Below the pieces are notes generated by a model. That model was not told the origin of the DNA and did not search any database. It worked only from the letters and a program-made list of their open reading frames with translations. DNA of 64,000 bases, taken from NCBI GenBank assembly GCA_965204745.1, contig OZ242010.1:5056001-5120000 (forward strand), in the 5' to 3' direction. Below, piece after piece: positions 19,727 to 28,600 of this stretch (position 1 is the first letter of the stretch; the number at the start of each line of letters is the position of its first letter). The position numbers were made by a program, and so were the translations under genes. The DNA is from Candidatus Latescibacterota bacterium (GTDB taxonomy: Bacteria; Latescibacterota; UBA2968).

Positions 19727-20788
19727 CTATTCGTCGATTCGTTTTTCGCCTTTTTGTGCCCGTGCGTTGCCATATCCCAAAAGCGTCTGCGCGGGTTCGC
19801 AGGCGGCGGCGAGTTGTGTTTGTTCGGCGGCGCTGAGGCGCGTCCAATTCGGCGATTTCGGCTGTATCAAGCCAATGGCTGCCTGTAGCCATTGGCTGTT
19901 TTCGTATTCCGGTCCGATAAAACGGATGAACCGGCGCAATTCGCGCTCGGGCGAGTCCAGCGCGGTTTCGTAGCGCATCGACAGCACGCGCTCGGGCGGT
20001 AGCGCGTTTAGGTACGCAACCCCATGCCCGATTAAGCGGCTCCAAAACCGCCCAAATGCGGGCAATGCGATCTCGGTGCGCCGATATCGCTCCGCGGTGA
20101 AAAATTGGAATCGAAACCACTCGAGGAAGGGGATATACGGGCTGGTGCCGAGCAGGTTGAATGGCCGGTAGGGATCGATCCCAACTTTCATCATCAACTC
20201 CTCAGATTGCACGCGCAAGCGGAAGTAAGGATGCTGGGACATGGAAATCGCGGTATCCCTGCCATCCCGATAGAGGTGTACGAACCGCGCATCGGGAAAC
20301 ATCTCTGCCAATGTCGGGACGAACAGCAACGAGAGACCCGAGCGTTCGATCCACCCCTTTTTTGCAAACCGGGCCGCGAGCCATTCGAAGATGAAGCGAT
20401 AATGCGCGCCCAACGATGCTCTGCCGCGCGCCCGCAATGCCGCCGAGAGATCGTCCCACAAACGCTCGTGGTCGTCTGTGAGATGCGGTAGCGTGGTACA
20501 CATAATCGACGGCACGTCGCCCAAAGCGTAGCGCGCATCCGGTCCAATCGGATACAAAAACTCATCCACGATCAAATCGTTTGTCAACAGGGCCTTGCCC
20601 CCAGGCGACAGCGAGTTCAGCCGCCGGAACACGGTCTCGCCGGTCGGTCTGCGCCCCCGAAACACTCGGCTGGTCAACGCCGTGAAAAATTCCGAGATGC
20701 TCAACAGATCCGGGTGCAACTTCACCATGTTCGACAGCATCGTCGATCCACACCGTCCAGTGCTTACGATGAATACGGGATCGGTCAT
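19727..20788 (-). CDS. Sulfotransferase family protein
   Basis: 5'-PSB loop FIVSTGRCGST, FPDARFVHLYRDGRD (3'-PB), MRYE. Confidence 0.88.
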   Translation of the reverse strand: MTDPVFIVSTGRCGSTMLSNMVKLHPDLLSISEFFTALTSRVFRGRRPTGETVFRRLNSLSPGGKALLTNDLIVDEFLYPIGPDARYALGDVPSIMCTTLPHLTDDHERLWDDLSAALRARGRASLGAHYRFIFEWLAARFAKKGWIERSGLSLLFVPTLAEMFPDARFVHLYRDGRDTAISMSQHPYFRLRVQSEELMMKVGIDPYRPFNLLGTSPYIPFLEWFRFQFFTAERYRRTEIALPAFGRFWSRLIGHGVAYLNALPPERVLSMRYETALDSPERELRRFIRFIGPEYENSQWLQAAIGLIQPKSPNWTRLSAAEQTQLAAACEPAQTLLGYGNARAQKGEKRIDE

Positions 20789-20863
20789 TTTTTTCCAAAC
20801 GCGGTCTATGACGAAGCGACATCGTCAGGCAAGAGGTAAGAGGTAAGATACTCTCTTAAAAGG

Positions 20864-21871
20864 TCAAGGGGTTTTCGGGGTGATTCGATAGAATTTTTCG
20901 CCCTCAAAATCTTGGTCATGGCGCAACATGCCCCAGATCGAATGGAGCAACTTTCGCATCACCGCAACGATAGCCTGCAAAGGTTTCTTGCCGCGGGCGA
21001 TGAGTTGGTCATAGAAGGCTTTGACATGGCCTTCGTGTCTGATGGCCACCCAGGCAGGCATATAGAGGGCATGGCGGAGGTACTTATTCCCGGTTTTCGA
21101 GATGCGTCTTTGTGGATTGGCGGTTCCGGATTGTTTGGGTTTGGGATCCAGGCCTGCATGTGCGACCCACTGGGGCGGTTGCATCTCCTCTGGCAAAAGG
21201 GTCAACTCGGCCAAGAGCCGCAAGGCACTCGTTTGCGCGATGCCAGGCGTCGAGCAGAGGCGTTGGTAGGCACGCTTGAGGGGCTCATCGTGCAAAACGA
21301 GATCGAGGGCTTGGCTTTCCAAGTATGCAATCCGGCGTTTGAAGTGTCGAATATTCACCTGAATATCGCGTGCGATGAGACGTGTGCTGCGGATGTGGTA
21401 GCTCTGCGCGTGGTTGCGGCTCTGTTCGCGGATGATCTCCTGCTTGAGTTGGTCAATGCGTCTGGTGAGGGCTTGCAGTTGAAGCCGTTGCTCGCTCGGC
21501 GCTTGCCAAGGCACAAAAGGCATGCGCTCGGCATAGTCGAGGATCAACAACGCATCCTTCGCATCCGTCTTCGCCCGTTGCATGCAGGCTTGGGCGTACT
21601 TGCTCATCGCTTTGGGATTGACGACCATGACCTTTGTGTGGCGATGCCGATGCAAGGCCAAGGCCACCCCCAAACTGTAAAGCCCGGTCGCTTCGAGGCA
21701 CACAGAGACCATGTGCCCGCCCTTCGTGAGCCACTTCAGCAACCGCTTATGCGCTTGGGGATCATTGGCAAAGGTCGCTTGCATGACAGCTTGTCCGGGT
21801 CTGGACAGGGCAACGGACAACGTGCGGGCACTGACATCAATGCCGGCAAAAGCGGGGTGAGATTTCGACAT
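20864..21871 (-). CDS. IS110-family recombinase/transposase
   Basis: DEDD motifs GIDVS, CLEATG, KTDAKDA; catalytic Ser in QSGT; ISK.GN..LR..LY; AVMRKLL; AGGAGG RBS before ATG 21871. Confidence 0.95.
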   Translation of the reverse strand: MSKSHPAFAGIDVSARTLSVALSRPGQAVMQATFANDPQAHKRLLKWLTKGGHMVSVCLEATGLYSLGVALALHRHRHTKVMVVNPKAMSKYAQACMQRAKTDAKDALLILDYAERMPFVPWQAPSEQRLQLQALTRRIDQLKQEIIREQSRNHAQSYHIRSTRLIARDIQVNIRHFKRRIAYLESQALDLVLHDEPLKRAYQRLCSTPGIAQTSALRLLAELTLLPEEMQPPQWVAHAGLDPKPKQSGTANPQRRISKTGNKYLRHALYMPAWVAIRHEGHVKAFYDQLIARGKKPLQAIVAVMRKLLHSIWGMLRHDQDFEGEKFYRITPKTP

Positions 21872-21944
21872 GGGGGCCTCCTGTGATGAGGGGGTTGTAA
21901 GGGATCTGGTGCGCGCTCGGGGTCGCGTCCCGACCATTGACGCC

Positions 21945-22085
21945 AAGTCTACCGGTCTTGTATATGCAGCCTCAAGGGGCTTAGATACTCTTCGGCATAG
22001 ACCCGGCGGTCGGGGGGCCTATCTTACCTACAAGGTCATCGCCTTCAAGAGGGGCCGGCCTTCCCCGAGCCGGGCATCAAGATGG
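21945..22085 (-). ncRNA. Predicted IS110 bridge RNA (target- and donor-binding loops)
   Basis: Two stem-internal-loop structures; donor guides AGAGTATCT (21983-21991) and ATACAAG (21957-21963), target guides GGCCCCTCT (22048-22056) and AGGTAAG (22023-22029); exact transcript ends unknown. Confidence 0.8.
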
Positions 22086-22265
22086 CTTATCTCGATACGA
22101 GGGCGCAACTCCTAATTAACCCTTACTTCCAAGATACAAGAGGTAAGAGGTAAGAGGCAAGAGGCAAGAGGCAAGAGGCAAGAGGCAAGAGGTAAGACAT
22201 CGTCAGACTACCTGTCCACATTGCACGCACCAAGTTACGCAAAAAATCGGATATTCCAAGGGCTA

Positions 22266-22711
22266 GGTCGTGTTGACATTTCATTTTTTGTTGTTACGCA
22301 CAGAGTAGCAACTGTGTTGCTTCTTGCTCATTTAAGGCGTTTGGTCCTTTGATGGCTTAGGTTGCTCTGATGGCGTTTTGCGAGGGGACCTATCCCCCGG
22401 CCCCGTTATTCGCTTCGCTCATTGTAGGCTACGCCTGTGCCTACGAGGAAAGGGGAGTAAAGCTCCTTTGATGGCTTAGGTTGATCTGATGGCGTTGACC
22501 GAGGGCATAAAGCGATTAAATATCCCTCATCAATCCCCTCGCAAAACCGCTCACAGTTCCCCCTTCCTCGCAGGAAGGGGGTTAGGGGGTAGGTCCCGAT
22601 AAGGCGCGACCGTTTCAGTTTCTCAAACCGAGAGCATATTCTGCGATAGGGCTTGATTTTCTCGATAAACCGCTCAAGCCAGTTGCTTTGCTCGTAAATG
22701 TCAACACAACC
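22266..22711 (+). mobile_element. MITE family A, complete copy (446 bp)
   Basis: 16-bp TIR GGT(C/T)GTGTTGACATTT ... AAATGTCAACACAACC, TA on both flanks, no transposase. Confidence 0.82.
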
Positions 22712-22776
22712 TAATACCCAGTCCCATCAGCCGCGGGGACAATCCCGGTAGCCATCCCTCATCAGAATTTATCGCT

Positions 22777-24828
22777 CTATGGTTTGACGCGGGAGATGAT
22801 GCGCCCGCCCGCGATTTTGATTTTTCCCGCGCACTGGAGGGCTTCGATAGTGACGTCGCCATTGTCCCAAACGACGGTCCCCATGCCCATGGCCTCGATA
22901 GAGAGTTGCCCTTCGGGCACGGTGAGGGTCAGGGGTTCGGGATCCGCGCCGTGGAACGCCGCGACGTAACGCTTGGTTTGGGGGCAGGCAAAGAGCCACG
23001 CGGGTTGGCTTCCGCAGGTGAGCGTGGCGTTTCCAACCGCAATACGGCCCGTGCGGTTTTGGCGGGCCAGGGGCGATTCGAGTTGGGGCCAGCCGAGCGC
23101 GCCCTCGTGCGTCCAGCGTTTTTGGAGGTGCCAGTTTAGCAAGTCGATCTCGATGCCGAGGGCTTGGTTGTCGCGGGTATATTCGACAGACCACGCACGC
23201 GTTTTGCCCGCTTCGTACGCGATGGGAGGCGACGCTTCGTCTTTGAGCGTGCCAGTAGCGACGGTCTGGGCAAAGGTTTGCACATCGGGATAATCAGCGC
23301 GTTCGGCCAGTTCCGCGTAAAAACCGCACTGGGGTTTGCCCTGGTAAAACGAGCCGGGATGGGCCTGCTCCCAAAAGGTTTTGGATGGGCCGAGGTAGTT
23401 GTAGAGTTCGAGAAAGAGATGCGTGCCGCGTTCGACCAAGCGAAGGGGCGCGTTGCGGCCCAAGTCCGTGCGGCCGAGGGGCCGAATGCCGACGAGGACG
23501 GGCCCCACGGCAATGGCGATGGTGGCGGGTTCGGGAATGTCAAAAGGCAGGGTTTCGACTTTTTGGTCATCGACCCAAATTTCATCGACCAAACTGCGGT
23601 CGTGCCAGCAGATGATGGCTTTGGCGCTGGTTCGGGGTGCCATCGCGCCAAGGTCCTTAGGCGAATACAGGACGATGGCCCGAGGGCCGTCTTGGACATT
23701 GTGGCATTGGCCTTCTTCAGAGAGGATCTGGTCATTGGATCGGGCGGGCGTCGAGCGGAATGATCCGAGCCAGTGGTCGTCGAGCACATAGCGAGAATAG
23801 ATGACGCCGGTTTGAGCTGTATCGGTCTTGTGGTGGGCGATGAAAACGCTGGATTGGCCCGCGATAAAGCGATTGGCTTGGCTCCGCAATTCCTGCGAGG
23901 AAACGCCCAATGCGAAGGACGGGCTGTGGTACGTGGCGATGCCTACGCTGTTTTTCGCGTCCGCGGTTTCAAAAAAAAAGAAGGTCTCCGGACGGTGGTC
24001 GAGCGCGTCTTTGAGCCAAGCGGGCAAAAGACCCGTTGCGATGTCGTCGCGAAAAGCGTCGATTTCCGGTGGGGCCTCGCAAAAGAGGGCATGGCGGTAC
24101 GCACGGCTAAAAGGCCCGGCCCAGCGTCCGGTGGGCGGGTGAATGTGCAGGGCCGCGGACAGGCCAATTCTCGCACACATGGTTTTGGCCCCGATGCGCG
24201 TGGGGAGGTGCTGGACGAGTTCGCCGAGCCGGTGCAACACGCGCATTGCGACGTTGGCGTAGTTGGGGCTGTTAAATTCGTACGCACAGCCGTTCTGCAC
24301 CGTGAAGTCCATCCACGCCTGAAATTTGCGATAGCCCCGATTTTTGAACGCCTCATCCCCGAGGAGTTCGCCGCCCAAGCAGGTGTTGGTGATGTCTTTG
24401 ACCACGATGTTGGTGTACCGAAAATGGACGTCTATCCTGCGGATTTCCTCCAAGCCCAAGCGGATGCTGTGGAGGACGCGATTCTGCAAATCAGCGGAAA
24501 GCACGTCCCGGTGCCCGATCATCAAGGGGATGAGTTGGAACAGGCAGAACTGCACGGCGTTGAGGTCTTCCACGACTTCGTCTTCGCGCTCCCAAAGAAA
24601 ATTGCCCAAATGGGGGTCCGCTTCTCGGGTCTCTTGGCACGCGAGCATGGCGTCGAGTACTTGTTCGGCCAAGGCGATGTCTGCGCGGGTGCCATTGTCC
24701 AACAGGGCATTGGCAAATTCAGCGGCCAACCGGGGCGCGTGATAAGTCTTGCCGCCTTCCCGACGGGCGAGCATGCGGGTTTCGGGATTGAAGGTCGGAG
24801 GCAGTGGTAGAGGTCGTGTTTCGGACAT
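22777..24828 (-). CDS. Conserved-looking hypothetical protein, possibly heparinase II/III-like (alpha/alpha barrel plus beta-sandwich)
   Basis: 683-aa ORF with GGAG RBS; YTNI, EFNSPNY and GP.SRAY motifs; function inferred only. Confidence 0.6.
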   Translation of the reverse strand: MSETRPLPLPPTFNPETRMLARREGGKTYHAPRLAAEFANALLDNGTRADIALAEQVLDAMLACQETREADPHLGNFLWEREDEVVEDLNAVQFCLFQLIPLMIGHRDVLSADLQNRVLHSIRLGLEEIRRIDVHFRYTNIVVKDITNTCLGGELLGDEAFKNRGYRKFQAWMDFTVQNGCAYEFNSPNYANVAMRVLHRLGELVQHLPTRIGAKTMCARIGLSAALHIHPPTGRWAGPFSRAYRHALFCEAPPEIDAFRDDIATGLLPAWLKDALDHRPETFFFFETADAKNSVGIATYHSPSFALGVSSQELRSQANRFIAGQSSVFIAHHKTDTAQTGVIYSRYVLDDHWLGSFRSTPARSNDQILSEEGQCHNVQDGPRAIVLYSPKDLGAMAPRTSAKAIICWHDRSLVDEIWVDDQKVETLPFDIPEPATIAIAVGPVLVGIRPLGRTDLGRNAPLRLVERGTHLFLELYNYLGPSKTFWEQAHPGSFYQGKPQCGFYAELAERADYPDVQTFAQTVATGTLKDEASPPIAYEAGKTRAWSVEYTRDNQALGIEIDLLNWHLQKRWTHEGALGWPQLESPLARQNRTGRIAVGNATLTCGSQPAWLFACPQTKRYVAAFHGADPEPLTLTVPEGQLSIEAMGMGTVVWDNGDVTIEALQCAGKIKIAGGRIISRVKP

Positions 24829-24879
24829 TACAAACTCCTAATTATGAATTGATGTTCGCCCGTCCGCTCCGCCTAGCCC

Positions 24880-25393
24880 CACTCGTGCGTGCCCGGCCCC
24901 TGCCGCCGTGTCTGAATCGCGGATTAAACGGATTACGCGGATTACGCGGATTACCCCACACATCCCTACCGCCGCTTCATCGTTCCCACTCCGCTGTGCC
25001 CTTCGGCTGTGCCCTTCGGCATCCCCCGTACCTGTCCTTGTATATAATAAGCTCTTAGTGATCAGTCCGCAACCCTGCTCATCGGCCCCGTGCGTGCCCG
25101 TCCGCCCTACCACCGCTTCATCGTTCCCACTCCGCTGTGTCCTTTGCACGCCCTACCGCCATAGACCTATCCCCCCGGCCCCCGTTATTCGCTTCGCTCA
25201 TTGTAGGCTACGCCTGTGCCTACAAGGAAAGGGGGAGCGCATGGCTTTCTGAAAGGTTTGTATCCCTGGCAGTTCTAATGGCTTTGAGTGAATGGATCAC
25301 GCCATGAACCCCCAAAACCTCTCGCGTAAATCTCTCGCAAACCCTCTCGCCATTCCCCCTTCCTCCTAGAAAGGGGGCCAGGGGGTAGGTCCC
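24880..25393 (+). repeat. Composite repeat family C, copy 2
   Basis: Matches 3230-3670 and has an internal duplication. Confidence 0.75.
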
Positions 25394-25400
25394 AAAAAGT

Positions 25401-25436
25401 AAAGCCCGAGTTCACTGTGAACCCGGGCTTTTGTTT
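25401..25436. terminator. Terminator-like hairpin
   Basis: AAAGCCCGAGTTCAC/GTGAACCCGGGCTTT stem with flanking A/T tracts. Confidence 0.6.
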
Positions 25437-25509
25437 TTACGTCTTTCGCGATTGTCAGCCTGATGAGCCAAAGCCGGCGGCGAAGATGAGGAAAAGGGAT
25501 TCGATCTCT

Positions 25510-25620
25510 TGCTTCCGCGTATTCCACACTCGCATCGCCAAAGGACAGCATCAGATTCGCGCTGATGGTGAGGAAGAAACTCAGGGTGTTCTCATCGCCA
25601 TCGCCATCTGTGGCGGTCAG
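25510..25620 (-). pseudogene. Remnant of a putative Ig/cadherin-like repeat
   Basis: LTATDGDGDENTLSFFLTISANLMLSFG, immediately after the stop of the large adhesin. Confidence 0.45.
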
Positions 25621-25631
25621 AGAACAGGCTT

Positions 25632-28600
25632 TCATTGGAAGTGGGAGGCGGGATAGAGGCTTCGGATGTAGGGTTCAATGGCTTGAGCGGTCGTGCGCGT
25701 AGCATTTTGCTCGATGACGTTCCCTCTGATGAGGGCCTCGTTCCGGAAGAAGAGGACATATCGAATGATCAGGATTATATCCGAGAACAGCCTCACATCG
25801 CCATCGCCATCCACATCGAGAATGTTCTGATTGACCAACGTGTCGAGGTAGGGTTCAATTTCTTGAGCGGTCGTGCGCGTGGCAGTTGGCTCGATGACGT
25901 TCCCTCTGAGGAGGGCCTCGTTCCGGAAGAAGAGGACATATCGAATGACCAGGATTATATCCGAGAACAATCTCACCCGGCCATCGCCATCCACATCCAA
26001 GTTGGCACTCGGGCTTTCGTCATCGATAATCGTCCCTGTGCCTTGCGCCGTGCTTATGGTCGCATTGGTCGCATTGCTCAGCGTCACGATCACGGTCTCG
26101 TTCTGCTCATCATCCGAGTCGTCGGTCACAGAAACAGGGATGGTCTGGATGGTATCGCCTACCGTGAAGGTCAGGGTCCCTGCGGTAAGCGCGGTGTAAT
26201 CGGTCCCCGAAGTCGCGGTGCCCGTGCCCGAGTCTGCATACGCCACCGTCACTTGTAACATGTCGTGCGCTGGGCGTAGGTACACCTGAAAGGTCAGGGT
26301 CGCGCTGGTCGCGTCTTCAATCACGCTTGGCGAACCGATACTCAGCGCAGGCATGCCATCGTCATCGATAATCGTCCCTGTGCCGGTGAGGCTCGTCGCC
26401 CCGCCATCAAAGGTGGCATTGACCGCGTTGCTCAAAGTCACCTCCACGGTCTCGTTCGGCTCATCATCCCCGTCGTCGCTCACAGAAACAGCGAAGGTCT
26501 GGCTGGTCGTGCCCGTCGCAAAGGTCAGGGTCCCTGCGGTAAGTGCGGTGTAATCCGTCCCCGAAGTCGCGGTGCCCGTGCCCGCGTCTGCATACGCCAC
26601 CGTCACCGCCTTGCCGCTCACTGTATTCAATCTAACGGTGAACGTCAGGGCAGTGCCCTCAACCGCACTCGGCGAACTGATCGAGAGCCTCGGCGGCGCG
26701 TCATCATCGGTGATCGTCAGGGTCTCGGAAGATGATAGCACCGCCATATTGCCACCCGTCACCGTTGCAGACACGGTCACTTCCTTGTCAGGCGCATCGG
26801 TCGTATCGTTCACCGAGGTGATCGTCACGCTGCCCGTGCTCGTCGTCACATTCGCCGCGAAGGTCAGCGTGGTCGCGGTCGATAGCGTAAAATCGCCCGC
26901 AACCGCAGGCGACACAGCCATCGCTGAAACCGTGACCGTCGCCGCCGTGCTTGCGATGCGATCCAGCGTCGCCGTAATCGTGGAAACCTGGGCATTCTCC
27001 GTAATCGACGCAGGAGTCAAAACCAACGTCACGTTCGGCACGTCGTCATCGGTAAGCGTCAGCGTCACATCAGTGACCGATCCCGTGCCTACGCTGTTGG
27101 TTAGCGTACTCGACACGGTCACCGTCTTGTTCCCCGTAGCATCGGCGTTATTCACCCCTGTGATCGTCACGGTGCCCGTGCTCATCATTTGCCCCGCCGC
27201 GACGGTCAGCGTGGCCGGCGTGCTCCGCGTGTAGTCGGCCGCAACCGCAGGTAGCACAGGCGCCACTGTCACCGTAATCGTCGTCGGATCGCTCGACGTG
27301 TGAGACAGCCTCGCGGTCACGGTCGAGACACCGCCGTTCTCTGAAATCGACGCAGGCGATACAACCATCGTCACGTCCGGCGGGTCGTCGTCGTCCGTCA
27401 GCGTCACAGTGCCGGTCACACTGCCCGCGCCTTGGGCGTTGCGCGACACACCGGACAAGGTCACGATGCGATTAGGCGCGTCTTGGGTGTTGTCCACCGC
27501 TGTGATGACCACCGTATCCGACGCGTTAATCGTGTCCCCAGCCGCGATGGTGATCGTCGAATCCGCCGCCACCGTATAAGCACTCGCCACAGGACGCACC
27601 GTGATCGTCGTCGCCGCGCTTGATGGACGCGATAGTGACGCCGTGACCGTCGAAACCGCGCCGTTCTCCGAAATCGACGACGGGTTCGCCGCCAACGTCG
27701 CTGTCGGTGCAGGGTCGTCGTCTGTGATCGTTAAAGTCGCCTCGGTCACACTGCCCGCGCCTTGGGCGTTGCCCGCCACAACGGACATGTCCACGTCGCG
27801 ATTAGGCGCGTCTTGGGTATTGTCCACCGCTGTGATGACCACCGTATCCGACGCGTTCGCCGTGCTCCCGGCCGCGATGGTGATCGTCGAATCCGTCGCC
27901 ACCGTGTAAGCACCCGCCACCGGGCGCACCGTGATCGTCGTCGCCGCGCTCAACGGGTGTGCCAGCGTCGCGGTCACGGTGCTCATCCCGCCGCTTTCCG
28001 AGATCGACGAGGGCGTCAGTGCCAACGTCACTCTCGCGGGTTGGAGCTGAAATTGCACGGTGGTGTCCATGCCGGCATACTTCAAGGCCGGATACTGATC
28101 CATCGCGCCAAAGGTCCATGGATCGTCGTTGCCGGGTTGTCCGTCGAGGTTGGCGTTCCAGTTGTAGTAGGTGTCGTTGCTGGTGGCACCGTAGGTGGTG
28201 GGGATTAGAAGATCGCGGGTGGTTTTGCCCGTGCCGGCGGCGCTGCCTGTTCGGCCGCTGGTTGAGGTATCCCAGTAACTTGCGGTTACAGTGCTACTGC
28301 TGACAAGCCCTATTAACCCGCCGATGTTGTTGCCGCTGGCGTTGACGCGGCCGGTGGAATATGAGTTTGTTATGTTGCTGCTTATGGCCCGCCCTATTAG
28401 GCCGCCGGCATTATTGGCGGCTCCGCCGACGGAAGCGGTGGAGTAGCTAGAGCTGACGGACGCATTGGATGCGTTCATTAAGCCTACCAGACCGCCGACA
28501 TCGCTTCTGGAGCCGCTTACCGCGCCGGTGGTGTAACAGGCGACGATTGGTCCGTAACTGGTGCCTACCAGAATGCCGACATATTCCCGCGCCGTGATGT

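Larger units (their letters stand above)
20846..22140 (-). mobile_element. IS110-family (IS621-like) insertion sequence, apparently intact
   Basis: CT core at both ends (plus-strand AG at 20846-47 and 22139-40); no TIRs; long non-coding left end; circle junction AGAGTAT-CT-TGTAT. Confidence 0.9.
20829..22195. repeat. Heptamer array (AAGAGGT/AAGAGGC) split by the IS110 insertion
   Basis: Units at 20829-20845 and 22141-22195; bracketed by GACATCGTCAG at 20818-20828 and 22196-22206. Confidence 0.85.
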
